From: Alphaproteobacteria bacterium
GTDB taxonomy: Bacteria; Pseudomonadota; Alphaproteobacteria; UBA2966
Assembly (NCBI GenBank): GCA_965200265.1
Contig: OZ241357.1
Span: 2,519,816-2,583,815 of the forward strand
Reading direction: 5' to 3'
Length of the DNA: 64,000 nt
In this document: positions 1-12,531 of the stretch, one piece after another
Position numbering within the stretch: position 1 is the first letter of the stretch
Layout of the letters: each line of letters begins with the position of its first letter
Notes under the pieces: model-generated
The model's database searches: none
What the model saw: only the letters and a program-made list of their open reading frames with translations
Told to the model about the DNA's origin: nothing
Program-made: the position numbers and the translations under genes

Positions 1-150
1 ACGACAACGTCGTGGACGCCGATTTCGAAGAAGTCGACGACGACAAGAAGCGGGGCGGGGCGGCCTAGCGGCATCCCGTGGACCGTGCCGGGAACGCACC
101 CGCCCGAACCGGGTTCGGATGGCGAGCCGCCGCCCGTCGGAACCTGACGC

Positions 151-1287
151 ATGGCCAAGCCGGATTACTACGACCTGCTCGGCGCCCAGCGCGGCGCGAC
201 GCCGGACGACCTCAAGAAGGCCTATCGCAAGCTGGCGATGAAGTATCACCCGGACCAGAATCCGGGTGACGCCGATGCCGAGCGGAAGTTCAAGGAAATC
301 AACGAGGCCTACGACGTTCTGTCCGACGAGCGGAAACGCGCCGCCTACGACCAGTTCGGCCATACCGCCTTCGACCAGACCGGAGGGGGGCGGCCCGGCG
401 GCTTCGAGTTCTCCTTCGGCGGCGGGTCGTTCGCCGACGTCTTCGACGACCTGTTCGGCGAGTTCATGGGCGGTCAGCAGCGATCCCGGAGCGCCGGCAC
501 GCGCGGGGCCGACCTCCGTTACAACCTGGAGATCTCCCTCGACGACGCCTTCAGGGGCCGCAAGGCCGAAGTCAACGTGCCCTCCACCGTGTCCTGCGAC
601 GACTGCCGCGGCACCGGATCGCGCGATGCCGCGGAACCGACGTCCTGCGGCACCTGTCAGGGCGTCGGCAAGGTCCGCGCCCAGCAGGGTTTTTTCACCA
701 TCGAACGCACCTGTCCGGCCTGTCAGGGCGCGGGGTACGTCATCGAGAACCCCTGCCCGGCCTGCCGCGGCAGCGGCCGGACGGCCAGGACGAGGACCCT
801 CAACATCGACATCCCGCGAGGCGTCGAGGACGGGACACGGATCCGGCTTTCCGGCGAGGGCGAGGCGGGCGTGCGCGGCGCGACGCCGGGCGATCTCTAC
901 GTCTTCGTATCCGTCCGGCCGCACGGTCTGTTCCAGCGCGACGACATGAACCTTCATTGTCGGGTGCCGATCCCGATGACCACCGCCACCCTCGGCGGCG
1001 ACGTCGAGGTGCCGACCCTCGACGGCAAGCGCTCGCGGGTATCCATCCCCGCCGGTACGCAGACGGGCACACAGTTCCGACTCAGGGGCAAGGGTATGCC
1101 GGCCTTGCGCGGGCGCGGCGTGGGTGACCTCTATATCCAGGCCACCGTCGAGACGCCCCGCAACCTGACCTCGCGTCAGAAGGAACTGCTGCGTCAGTTC
1201 GAGAAAGGGGGCAGCGAGAAGACCAGTCCCGATTCGGAGAGCTTTCTGTCCAAGGTGAAGGACATGTGGGAGGACCTGACCGAATGA
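151..1287 (+). CDS. dnaJ: Molecular chaperone DnaJ
   Basis: N-terminal J domain (DYYDLLG...[13 protein letters not shown]), Gly/Phe-rich linker, four CxxCxGxG zinc-finger repeats, C-terminal substrate-binding domain; 378 aa. Confidence 0.95.
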   Translation: MAKPDYYDLLGAQRGATPDDLKKAYRKLAMKYHPDQNPGDADAERKFKEINEAYDVLSDERKRAAYDQFGHTAFDQTGGGRPGGFEFSFGGGSFADVFDDLFGEFMGGQQRSRSAGTRGADLRYNLEISLDDAFRGRKAEVNVPSTVSCDDCRGTGSRDAAEPTSCGTCQGVGKVRAQQGFFTIERTCPACQGAGYVIENPCPACRGSGRTARTRTLNIDIPRGVEDGTRIRLSGEGEAGVRGATPGDLYVFVSVRPHGLFQRDDMNLHCRVPIPMTTATLGGDVEVPTLDGKRSRVSIPAGTQTGTQFRLRGKGMPALRGRGVGDLYIQATVETPRNLTSRQKELLRQFEKGGSEKTSPDSESFLSKVKDMWEDLTE

Positions 1288-2114
1288 TGACCGCCGGGGC
1301 GACGAACGAGATCAAGGTCGGGGTCGCCGGCTGCGCGGGACGCATGGGACAGGCGCTGCTGCGGCAGATCGCCGGACACGGGCGATGCGTCGTCGCCGGC
1401 GGCAGCGAGCGCGAGGACAGCGACGCCATCGGCCGCGATCTGGGCGAGCTCGCCGGCATCGGACCTCTGGGACTCGCCGTCGGGCGGGATCCTGGCCCCG
1501 TGTTCGAGGCGGCGGACGTGGTCCTCGATTTCTCGTCGCCGGCGGCGACCGCCCGTCATGCCGGGTTGGCGGCGGCGACCGGCGCCGCGCTGGTGGCCGG
1601 GACCACGGGACTGGACGGCGGACAGGAGAAGGCCATCGGCGACGCGGCCGTCAGGACGGCCGTCGTGCGCGCCGCGAACATGAGCGTCGGCGTCAACCTC
1701 CTGCTTGCCCTGACCCGGCGCGTCGCCGCCACGCTCGGACCCGACTTCGACGTCGAAGTCCTCGAGATGCACCACCGGCACAAGGTGGACGCGCCGTCGG
1801 GCACCGCGCTGGCGCTCGGCCGCGCGGCGGCATCGGGCCGTGGCGTCGACCACGACGACGTGGCCGACCGGGGACGCGACGGCGTTACCGGCGAGCGTCG
1901 GCGCGGCGCCATCGGGTATGCCGCGCTGCGCGGCGGCAACGTCGCGGGCGAACATGCCGTGATCTTCGCCGCCGATGACGAGCGCGTGGAGCTCGTTCAC
2001 AGGGCGACGGACCGGGCCATCTTCGCGCGCGGCGCCCTCGCCGCCGCGGTCTGGCTGCATGGCAGGCCGCCAGGATTGTATTCGATGGCCGACGTTCTGG
2101 GCCTGGAGACCTGA
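1284..2114 (+). CDS. dapB: 4-hydroxy-tetrahydrodipicolinate reductase
   Basis: NAD(P)-binding [14 protein letters not shown] motif and [15 protein letters not shown] catalytic motif; ATG overlaps the dnaJ stop (ATGATGA). Confidence 0.9.
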   Translation: MMTAGATNEIKVGVAGCAGRMGQALLRQIAGHGRCVVAGGSEREDSDAIGRDLGELAGIGPLGLAVGRDPGPVFEAADVVLDFSSPAATARHAGLAAATGAALVAGTTGLDGGQEKAIGDAAVRTAVVRAANMSVGVNLLLALTRRVAATLGPDFDVEVLEMHHRHKVDAPSGTALALGRAAASGRGVDHDDVADRGRDGVTGERRRGAIGYAALRGGNVAGEHAVIFAADDERVELVHRATDRAIFARGALAAAVWLHGRPPGLYSMADVLGLET

Positions 2115-2132
2115 GAACGGCGGCCCTGACCG

Positions 2133-2654
2133 TCAATCCGCCACGATGTCGCCGATCGCGGCCGTGTACACGTCCGCCGCCTCGGCGCCGAAACATGCGA
2201 ACGTGACCCTGGCGAGGGAACTTCCCCGCGCGAGATGGTCCCTAGTTTCGGTGACGGCGATGCGGGTGGCCGGGTCCAGCGGGTAGCCGTACACGCCCGT
2301 GCCGACGGCGGGAAACGCGATCGACGCGAGCCTCTTGCCGTCGGCGATCTCCAGGCAGCGGCGATAGCAGCTTGCCAGCAGGTCCGCCTCGCCGTGTCCG
2401 CCGCCCCGCCACACCGGCCCGACGGCGTGGATCACGAACTTGGCCGGCAGGTCGTAGCCGTCGGTGACCTTGGCGTCTCCCGTCTCGCAACCGCCGAGAG
2501 CGCGGCAGGCCTCCAGAAGCCGGGGTCCCGCCGCCCTGTGGATCGCGCCATCCACACCGCCGCCGCCCGACAGCGTGCCGTTCGCCGCATTGACGATGGC
2601 ATCGACCGGCAGCGTGGTGATGTCGCCCCGAAATATCTCCAGCCGCTCGCGCAT
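2133..2654 (-). CDS. Macro-domain protein (O-acetyl-ADP-ribose deacetylase-like, YmdB family)
   Basis: RLEIFRGDITTLPVDAIVNAANGTLSGGGGVDGAIHRAAG and FPAVGTGVYGYP motifs typical of macro domains; start chosen at internal Met of the longer ORF. Confidence 0.8.
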   Translation of the reverse strand: MRERLEIFRGDITTLPVDAIVNAANGTLSGGGGVDGAIHRAAGPRLLEACRALGGCETGDAKVTDGYDLPAKFVIHAVGPVWRGGGHGEADLLASCYRRCLEIADGKRLASIAFPAVGTGVYGYPLDPATRIAVTETRDHLARGSSLARVTFACFGAEAADVYTAAIGDIVAD

Positions 2655-2893
2655 GGCGCCCTCCCGGCGCAGGGTTCCCGTGATCCCGGACCGAGGGTAG
2701 CGCCGCCATCGGGCGGCGTGAAGAAGGCGGGGCCGAGAGGCCATCGAAAAATCCACCGGGAGACCGTGCAGGATCGAGTGGATTCTGTTATAGTTCCGAA
2801 CCGGTCCATGATCGTCGATGACGATCCGCGGCGACGCGCGTCGGGACCGGGAAACAGTTCTCGATTCAATCGCCATCTGGACCTGCACACGAC

Positions 2894-4018
2894 ATGAAAC
2901 TGACCATCGAACGCGCCGCCTTGCTGACCGCGTTGACTCACACGCAGAGCGTCGTCGAGCGACGCAACACCATTCCCATCCTGTCCAACGTTCTGGTGGA
3001 CGCCGACGGCGGGCAACTGCGGCTGACGGCGACGGACCTCGATCTCGCGATCGTCGATCTCGCGGCGGCGGACATCGCGGTTCCAGGGTCGACGACGACG
3101 ACCGCTCACACCCTGTACGACATCGTCCGCAAGCTGCCGGAGGGCGCCCAGATAGAGCTGACGTTCGCCGAGGAGACGGACGGGCCGCGGGTATCGCTCA
3201 CGGCGGGACGGTCGTCCTTCCTGTTGCCGTGTCTGCCGAAAGAGGATTTTCCGGTCATGGCCGAAGGGGAACTCCCCCACGGCTTCACCGTGTCGGCGGA
3301 GCTTCTCGGCAACGTCATCGACAAGACACGCTTCGCCATCTCGACGGAAGAGACCAGATACTACCTCAACGGGATCTATCTGCACGCGGCCGAAGTGGAC
3401 GGCAGGCCGGTGCTGCGGGCCGTGGCTACCGACGGCCACAGGCTGGCCCAGGTCAATGCGCCGCTGCCCGACGGCGCGGACGGAATGCCCGGGGTCATCG
3501 TGCCGCGAAAGGCGGTCGCGGAGATCAGGAAACTCATCGACGAAGGCGGGCAGGACATCGAGATTTCCCTTTCCGAGTCGAAAATCCGCTTCTCCGTCGG
3601 CGAGTCCGTTCTGACCTCCAAGTTGATCGACGGCACCTTCCCCGACTACCAGCGGGTCATCCCCGAAGGGAACGACAAGGTCATGGAGGTCGACACCAAG
3701 GTGTTCGCCGAATCGATAGATCGCGTGTCCACGGTGTCCACCGAGAAGTCCCGGGCCGTGAAGATATCGCTGGAAGGAGGAAAGGCGACGATCGCCGCCC
3801 ACAGCCCCGACAACGCCAGCGCGTCCGAGGAGATCGCCGTCGAGTACGGTTCGGACAACCTGGAGATCGGATTCAATTCCCGATACCTGCTGGATATCGC
3901 CTCCCAGATCGACGGTGATACGGCGCGGTTCTTCCTCGCCGACGCGGTGTCCCCCACCCTGATCCGGGACGGCGGGAATACCGATGCCCTCTACGTCCTG
4001 ATGCCCATGAGGGTGTGA
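2894..4018 (+). CDS. dnaN: DNA polymerase III beta sliding clamp
   Basis: MKLTIERAALL...TIPILSNVLVDADGGQLRLTATDLDL..., 374 aa, three-domain clamp architecture. Confidence 0.95.
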   Translation: MKLTIERAALLTALTHTQSVVERRNTIPILSNVLVDADGGQLRLTATDLDLAIVDLAAADIAVPGSTTTTAHTLYDIVRKLPEGAQIELTFAEETDGPRVSLTAGRSSFLLPCLPKEDFPVMAEGELPHGFTVSAELLGNVIDKTRFAISTEETRYYLNGIYLHAAEVDGRPVLRAVATDGHRLAQVNAPLPDGADGMPGVIVPRKAVAEIRKLIDEGGQDIEISLSESKIRFSVGESVLTSKLIDGTFPDYQRVIPEGNDKVMEVDTKVFAESIDRVSTVSTEKSRAVKISLEGGKATIAAHSPDNASASEEIAVEYGSDNLEIGFNSRYLLDIASQIDGDTARFFLADAVSPTLIRDGGNTDALYVLMPMRV

Positions 4019-4139
4019 GGCGCGCTTGGCGGTGGGGATCGCTGTCGCGGCGCCCGACCGGCCGTTGCAGGGACCGGCGCTCCGCGACCCCGGTTTCGGG
4101 CGGACGGAGCGGCTCGCCGAAGAGTCGCCGGACGTCGCG

Positions 4140-5255
4140 GTGACGCGACTCGACCTGACGGACTATCGCAACATCCGCGATCTTCGGCTGGAAACCGAGG
4201 CGAAGGTGGTGGTTCTGACGGGGCCCAACGGGGCCGGCAAGACGAACGTCCTCGAGGCGCTGTCCTTCCTGTCTCCGGGGCGAGGACTGCGCCGCGCGCG
4301 ATTGGCCGACGTGCCGCGTCGCGGCGGCGCGGGAGTCTGGGCCGTGGCCGCGCGGGTCCGGCATCCGCGGGGGATGGTCGAGGTCGGAACCGGGGTGGTC
4401 CCGGACCAGCAGATCGGGGAACGCCGCCTCGTCAAGATCGACGGCCAGGCGGCGCGGGGAACGGCGGCCCTCGGCCGCGCGTTGACGATGAACTGGCTGA
4501 CGCCGCCGATGGACCGGTTGTTCGTCGACGGGCCAAGCCCCCGCCGACGGTTTCTCGACCGGCTCGTCTACGGGTTCGACGCCGACCACGCCGCGCGCGT
4601 ATCGGCCTACGACCGCACGCTGCGGGAACGTTCCCGGCTTCTGCGCGACGGCCGGAGGGACGCGGCCTGGCTCGGCGCGCTGGAGGAGACCCTGGCCGGT
4701 CACGGCATCGCCGTGGCGGCGGCGCGCCGGGAGACCATCTCCCGGTTGCGGAGCGGCATGAAGGCCGGCGTTTCGCCGTTCCCCGCCGCCGCGGTCGCCG
4801 CCGACGGGGACGTGGAGCGCTGGCTCGACGTCATGCCCGCGGTCGACGCCGAGGGCCGGTTCCGGGCCGCCCTCGAGGCGGCGCGGGATTGCGACGCGCG
4901 ATCCGGCGGCGCGGCCGTGGGTCCTCATCGCACCGACCTCGCCGTGCGTCACGCCGGAAAGGACCTGCCCGCCGGAAGCTGCTCGACCGGCGAGCAGAAG
5001 GCGCTTCTGGTGTCGATCGTGCTCGCCGACGCGCGGCTGCGGGAAGCCCGGCTGGGACGGGCGCCGCTTCTGCTATTCGACGAGGTCGCCGCTCATCTGG
5101 ACGCGACGCGACGGGAGGCGCTGTTCGAGTTGCTGATCGACCGATCCGCCCAGACCTGGATCACGGGAACGGACCGCTCGCTGTTCGACGGGCTGGGCCC
5201 GGCCGCGCGGAGATTCGGCGTCGACGACGGCCGGATTTCGGCGAGTCCCGAATAG
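4140..5255 (+). CDS. recF: DNA replication/repair protein RecF
   Basis: Walker A GPNGAGKTNVLEAL near the N-terminus, ABC-signature-like region and Walker B LLLFDEV; GTG start chosen to give canonical RecF length (371 aa); the ORF extends further 5'. Confidence 0.85.
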   Translation: MTRLDLTDYRNIRDLRLETEAKVVVLTGPNGAGKTNVLEALSFLSPGRGLRRARLADVPRRGGAGVWAVAARVRHPRGMVEVGTGVVPDQQIGERRLVKIDGQAARGTAALGRALTMNWLTPPMDRLFVDGPSPRRRFLDRLVYGFDADHAARVSAYDRTLRERSRLLRDGRRDAAWLGALEETLAGHGIAVAAARRETISRLRSGMKAGVSPFPAAAVAADGDVERWLDVMPAVDAEGRFRAALEAARDCDARSGGAAVGPHRTDLAVRHAGKDLPAGSCSTGEQKALLVSIVLADARLREARLGRAPLLLFDEVAAHLDATRREALFELLIDRSAQTWITGTDRSLFDGLGPAARRFGVDDGRISASPE

Positions 5256-7712
<2,457 letters not shown>

Positions 7713-7839
7713 GCGTCCGTCCCGAAATGGGTTGAGCGATTCCACAGGGTCGCGGTCCCGGAGTGCGGCCCCATGTCGCGTGCGTGGGGTGGGGGCGCGC
7801 CGGAGGGGGAGCGGCGAACCGAACGTCGGGGAAACGCCC

Positions 7840-8541
7840 TCAACCGTAACGGTGGAGGTCGGGGCCGGATCGGCGGAGCCAGGATCTGGCCTCGTCGACC
7901 CGGTCGACGAGGCTTTCGACGCGGCGCCAGAACGCCTTGCCGTGGTTCATCTCGAGCAGATGGGCGACCTCGTGGGCGACCACGTAGTTCATGACCCATT
8001 CGGGCGCCATGAAGAGGCGCCAGGAGAACGACAGCGCGCCCGCCGCCGAGCAGCTTCCCCATCGGGTCCGCGGGTCGCGGACGCCGACGCGGGCGACCTC
8101 GGCGCCGATGCGGTCGGCCGCCGCCACGGCCCGACGCGCGAGGGTGTCATGGGCGCGGTCGCGGAACCACTCGCCCACGCGGGCCGGCACGTCGTCCGGA
8201 TGACAGGCGACGAGCAATTCACCGGCTTCCCGCCGGACCCCGGCGCGGAAGAGATCGGTTTCGGCGGTTCGCCGGATGCGGCATGGCCGTCCGAGGACCG
8301 GGACGACCGCGCCATCGCGGAACGGGACCCGGGGCGGCAAGCGAGCCAGCCGGTCCCGGAGCCACGTCGCCTTCCCGGCGGCGAACGACAGGGCTTCCCG
8401 GCGGGAGACGCCCCGCGGGATGACGAGCTGCGCCCCCAGCCTCGGATCGACCTTCAACAGGATCCGGCGCGCCCGCGGACTCCGCCGGACGTCGAGATCG
8501 ACGACGACGCCGTCGACGTCGAGTCGGACGCGACGGCTCAT
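7840..8541 (-). CDS. YgjP/SprT-like zinc metallohydrolase (DUF45, M48-like)
   Basis: HEXXH motif HEVAHLLEMNH near the C-terminus, 233 aa. Confidence 0.75.
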   Translation of the reverse strand: MSRRVRLDVDGVVVDLDVRRSPRARRILLKVDPRLGAQLVIPRGVSRREALSFAAGKATWLRDRLARLPPRVPFRDGAVVPVLGRPCRIRRTAETDLFRAGVRREAGELLVACHPDDVPARVGEWFRDRAHDTLARRAVAAADRIGAEVARVGVRDPRTRWGSCSAAGALSFSWRLFMAPEWVMNYVVAHEVAHLLEMNHGKAFWRRVESLVDRVDEARSWLRRSGPDLHRYG

Positions 8542-9497
8542 GGTTCGGCGCGCGCGCTCCGGGGTCTCGATTCCGGACCCACTGCTTCGAGATCGAACCC
8601 CTCGGCGGCCAGGGACTCCCGGAGCTCGCGCCTTCGGGTGGGCTCCAGCGGCGTCAGCGGCGGGCGCATCGCTTGCCAGCCGGGTTCGCCCGTGATCGTC
8701 GCCATCGCTTCCTTGAGGGCGGCGACGAGAGGAAAGCGGTCGAGCACCCGCCGCACCGCCACGAGCCGCTCCTGCCGGGCGTCCGCGTCGTCGCCGGATC
8801 GCTCATGGGCGCGGAATACGCCGGACGCCATCGGACTGGTCACGTTGGCGGTTGCCGAGATGCAGCCGGGCCCGCCGGCCCGCAGGACCGGCAGCAGATA
8901 TCGCTCCGTTCCCGCGTAGACGCCGAAACCGGGGAAGGCCTCCAGCAGGGACGTCATGTTGCCGAGGTCGCCGGAACTGTCCTTGAGGCCGACGACGACG
9001 TCGGGATAGTCCCGGCGCAGGAGCTCGATGGCGCCCACGGTGATCGGCATGCCGGTCATCGCGGGAAAATGGTACAGGATCACGCGCAGGTCGCCGTCCG
9101 CCACGCGGTCGATGATCCGCGCGAAGGACTCGGCCAGCCCCCGGTCGGTGACGCCCTTGTAGTAGAACGGCGGCAGCATCAGCACCGACCCGATGCCCGC
9201 GGCGCGGACGGCGCGCGTGAGCTCCAGCGTGTCCGGCTCGGCGCACGTCCCGGTTCCCACCATCAACCGGTCCTTCGGCAAGCCGCTCTCCCCCACCGCG
9301 TCGATGATCGACAGGCGCTCGGCGACGCTGAACGAATTGGCCTCGCCCGTCGTCCCCAAGATGCCGAGGCCGTCGCACCCGCGGTCGAGCAACCATCGGA
9401 AATGCGCCAGCATGGCCGGCAGGTCGGGCGCGAGATCCGCCGTCATGGGCGTCAACGCGGCGGCGAGAACGCCGCGCGTGACTCCGGAACCGGTCAT
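8538..9497 (-). CDS. Dihydrodipicolinate synthase/N-acetylneuraminate lyase family protein
   Basis: DapA-family TIM-barrel motifs (GILGTTGEANSFSVAERL, VGTGTC, YHFPAMTG..GLKDSSGD with Schiff-base Lys); internal Met start chosen; stop overlaps the upstream gene start. Confidence 0.8.
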   Translation of the reverse strand: MTGSGVTRGVLAAALTPMTADLAPDLPAMLAHFRWLLDRGCDGLGILGTTGEANSFSVAERLSIIDAVGESGLPKDRLMVGTGTCAEPDTLELTRAVRAAGIGSVLMLPPFYYKGVTDRGLAESFARIIDRVADGDLRVILYHFPAMTGMPITVGAIELLRRDYPDVVVGLKDSSGDLGNMTSLLEAFPGFGVYAGTERYLLPVLRAGGPGCISATANVTSPMASGVFRAHERSGDDADARQERLVAVRRVLDRFPLVAALKEAMATITGEPGWQAMRPPLTPLEPTRRRELRESLAAEGFDLEAVGPESRPRSARAEP

Positions 9498-9553
9498 CGT
9501 CGTCGCGCCTCCCTGCTTGCCCGGACTCGCCGCGGCGCCGCCGCGCGCGCCCT

Positions 9554-10027
9554 CTACGCGGGCCAGTTCACGACCCGGGCGCCGAGATCGTGGGGTTCGT
9601 CTTCGGAGATCGCCCTGTCCCGAACCGAAACGCCGGCGAGATGAACCGTTTCCGGATCGCCCGAGACCAGCGGGTGCCACCAGTGGAGATCGCGTCCCTC
9701 CGAGATCAGCCGATACGCGCAGGTGGACGGCAGCCACGTGAGCGCGCCGACCGTCTCCGGCGACAGCACCAGGCAGTCGGGCACGTGTCTCGTCCGTTCG
9801 GCGTAGCGCCGGCAACGACAGGTCCGGAGGTCGAGCAGACGGCAGGCCACGTCCGTGTGTTCGATCTCTCCGGTGTCCACCCACTCGACCTTGTTGAGAC
9901 AGCATTTGCCACAACCGTCGCACAGCGACTCCCACTCCTCGCGGGACATCTCGCCGAGTGATTTCCGTCGCCAGAACGGGCGCTCCGCGTCCGCCCCCGC
10001 CGCCGGGTTTCGGGTTCCGGCCGTCAC
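9554..10027 (-). CDS. YcgN/UPF0260-family Cys-rich protein
   Basis: CDGCGKCCLNK...CRLLD..CRCRRY cysteine cluster characteristic of YcgN. Confidence 0.75.
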   Translation of the reverse strand: MTAGTRNPAAGADAERPFWRRKSLGEMSREEWESLCDGCGKCCLNKVEWVDTGEIEHTDVACRLLDLRTCRCRRYAERTRHVPDCLVLSPETVGALTWLPSTCAYRLISEGRDLHWWHPLVSGDPETVHLAGVSVRDRAISEDEPHDLGARVVNWPA

Positions 10028-10034
10028 GGTCCCG

Positions 10035-10658
10035 TCAACCGAGGAGTTCCGAGAGGCGCGCGGCCATCTCGTCCGGCGGCGTGCCGAACGTGAAATGGGC
10101 GACGTAGGCGCCGTCCGGCCCCATGACGTAGATCAGCGACGTATGGTCGACGAGATAGTCGTCGCCTTCCTCCGGACCATCGGTCTTCTTGAAATAGACC
10201 CGGTAGGCGCGCGTCGCGGCGCGGACCTCCTCCGGCGTTCCCGTGAGGGCCCGCAGGCTCGGATGGAAATGCCGGGCGTACTCCGCCATCGCCGCCACCG
10301 TGTCGCGCTCCGGGTCCACGGTGATGAACAGCGGCGTGACGCCGTCCGCCTTCGGCCCCAGCCGCTCCAACGCCTCGGTGATGGACTGCAGCTCCATGGG
10401 GCAGATGTCGGGGCAGAACGTATAGCCGAAGTAGACGAGCGCGTGACGCCCGAGGAAGTCCGCTTCGGTCACCGTATTCCCCTCGTGGTCCGTGAGCGTG
10501 AAGGCGCCGCCGATCAACGCCCGGCCCGTCGTCTTCGGGTTTCCGGGGAGGCCCGCGCCGCCGTTCCCCACCCAGTGCCAACCGGCCAGCGCCGCCAGGA
10601 CGACGGCGGCGCCGGCGCAAACGAGCACGAACGTTCGCTTGGCCGCGGAATCGGGCAA
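10035..10658 (-). CDS. SCO1/SenC-family copper chaperone (thioredoxin-like)
   Basis: N-terminal TM helix, FGYTFCPDICP CxxxC motif, conserved His (VDHTSLIYVMGPDG). Confidence 0.85.
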   Translation of the reverse strand: MPDSAAKRTFVLVCAGAAVVLAALAGWHWVGNGGAGLPGNPKTTGRALIGGAFTLTDHEGNTVTEADFLGRHALVYFGYTFCPDICPMELQSITEALERLGPKADGVTPLFITVDPERDTVAAMAEYARHFHPSLRALTGTPEEVRAATRAYRVYFKKTDGPEEGDDYLVDHTSLIYVMGPDGAYVAHFTFGTPPDEMAARLSELLG

Positions 10659-10758
10659 CGGCGCCTCCTCGTCCGGCTTCCGGTGAATACCGTCACCCTC
10701 GAATATACGCCCGATGGCCGGCCGTGTCCGCCCGCCTTTCGCCCGCCGCGGAGCGCCG

Positions 10759-11619
10759 TCACTCCCCGACTTGCAGAATCACGCCGCTGTTGCGGGCCAA
10801 TCCGAAGAAGGCCAGGAACGCCGCCATGCCGACCCCGAGGTAGGCGACGTTCAGCAGGACCGCGGTCATCATCAGGTCGGACCGGAAGGCGCCGTCGACG
10901 AGGATCGCCCGCATCCCCTCGAATACGTGACTGGCGGGCAGGAAGAACGCGACGGACTGAAGCCAGCCGGGCAGCACCGCGATGGGATAGTAGATTCCGC
11001 AGATCGGCGCGATGGCGAAGATCGCCGCCCAGGCCATGCTTTCGGCCCCGAGACCGACCCGCAGCACCAGACCCGAAACCGCGAACCCGATCGCCCAGCC
11101 CATGACGATCAGGTTGAAGAAGAACCCGATCAAGGGAATCCCGAGGGAGTACATGGAGAATCCGAAGAACGTCTGCGCCAGCAGCGACGCCGGAATCAGG
11201 CCGATCAGCGTGCGGATCAGGCTGACCGCCATGAGGCTGACCAGCATTTCGTAGGGTCGCAGGGGGCTGACGAACAGATGCCCGAGGTTGCGCGACCACA
11301 TTTCCTCGAAGAACGACATGGAAACGCCCAGCTGACCCCGGAACAGCACGTCCCAAAGCAGCACGCCGGAGATGAGGACGCCGAAGGCCTGCGCGATGAA
11401 ACTCGAATGTCCGATCAGGAACAGCGTGATGAACCCCCAGAGAACCATCTGCACCGTGGGCCAGTAGGCCATTTCGATGATTCGCGGCCAGGAGCCGCGG
11501 ACCAGAAAGGCGTGACGGAGGATCATGGCGCCGACGCGCCGGGAGGAGAACGGCGGATCGCGGCGGCGCGGCGGCGCGGGGTCCGCACCGCCACCGGCCG
11601 GGGCCGACGCGCCGCTCAT
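10759..11619 (-). CDS. ABC-2-type transporter permease (Wzm/KpsM-like)
   Basis: Six predicted TM segments, ABC-2 family pattern; ATG overlaps the stop of the upstream ATPase gene (ATGA at 11616-11619). Confidence 0.8.
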   Translation of the reverse strand: MSGASAPAGGGADPAPPRRRDPPFSSRRVGAMILRHAFLVRGSWPRIIEMAYWPTVQMVLWGFITLFLIGHSSFIAQAFGVLISGVLLWDVLFRGQLGVSMSFFEEMWSRNLGHLFVSPLRPYEMLVSLMAVSLIRTLIGLIPASLLAQTFFGFSMYSLGIPLIGFFFNLIVMGWAIGFAVSGLVLRVGLGAESMAWAAIFAIAPICGIYYPIAVLPGWLQSVAFFLPASHVFEGMRAILVDGAFRSDLMMTAVLLNVAYLGVGMAAFLAFFGLARNSGVILQVGE

Positions 11620-12377
11620 CGCGCCGCCCTCCGTTCGGCGCCGTCCCGGTCGCGTCCGCGGGCGATGTCCAGGAAGACTTCCTCGAGGTTGGCGCGGCCG
11701 TAGCGGTCGACGAGCTCCGCCGGCGCGCCGCGATCCACGATCCGCCCGGCGCGCATCACGATCGCGTCGTCGCACATGCGCTCCACCTCGCCCATGTTCT
11801 GAGAGGCCAGCAGGATCGTCGCGCCCCTCTCCGTCCGGTAATCCTGGAGATAGCCGCGCACCCAGTCCGCCGTGTCGGGGTCGAGTGACGCCGTGGGCTC
11901 GTCGAGCAGCAACAGTTCGGGCGCGTTGATCAAGGCCTTGGCCAGGGCCACGCGGGTCTTCTGTCCCGCGGAGAGGCCGGCGATCCGCCGATCCATGAAA
12001 TCGCCGAGATCGAAGGCGTCGGCGACCTCGCGCAAGCGTCGCCGGACATCGGAGAGGCCATAGAGCCGGGCATAGACCTGCAGGTTCTCGGCCGCGGTCA
12101 GGCGCTTCGGCAGGTCGACGTAGGGCGAGGAGAAATTCATTCGGGGCAGCACCCGATAGCGATGCCGCAGCATGTCCTCGCCGAACACGGCGACGGACCC
12201 CGCCGTGGGCAGCAAGAGGCCCAGAAGAATGGAGATCGTGGTCGTCTTGCCCGCGCCGTTGCCCCCGAGCAGCGCCGTCGCGCCGCCCGCCGGCACGCTG
12301 AAATTGACGTCGTCGACGGCGACGACGGAGCCGAAACGCTTCCCCAGATTCCCGACTTCGATGACCGGCTCGGACAT
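11616..12377 (-). CDS. ABC transporter ATP-binding protein (Wzt/KpsT-like, short form)
   Basis: Walker A GGNGAGKTT, signature LSAGQKTRVALAKAL, Walker B LLLLDEPTASLD; internal Met start (MSEPVIEVGNLGKRFG). Confidence 0.85.
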   Translation of the reverse strand: MSEPVIEVGNLGKRFGSVVAVDDVNFSVPAGGATALLGGNGAGKTTTISILLGLLLPTAGSVAVFGEDMLRHRYRVLPRMNFSSPYVDLPKRLTAAENLQVYARLYGLSDVRRRLREVADAFDLGDFMDRRIAGLSAGQKTRVALAKALINAPELLLLDEPTASLDPDTADWVRGYLQDYRTERGATILLASQNMGEVERMCDDAIVMRAGRIVDRGAPAELVDRYGRANLEEVFLDIARGRDRDGAERRAAR

Positions 12378-12531
12378 GCGGCCCACTATGGGGTCTGCGC
12401 GCCTCCGTCGCCAGTGGCGCAGGGGCGATTCCCGACCGGACCACGCGACGCTCGTGGACAATGGGACCGGCGACGTCGATCGACGGATCCCTGCCGGATA
12501 CACGTCTCGGCAACCGACTACGACGCCCGAA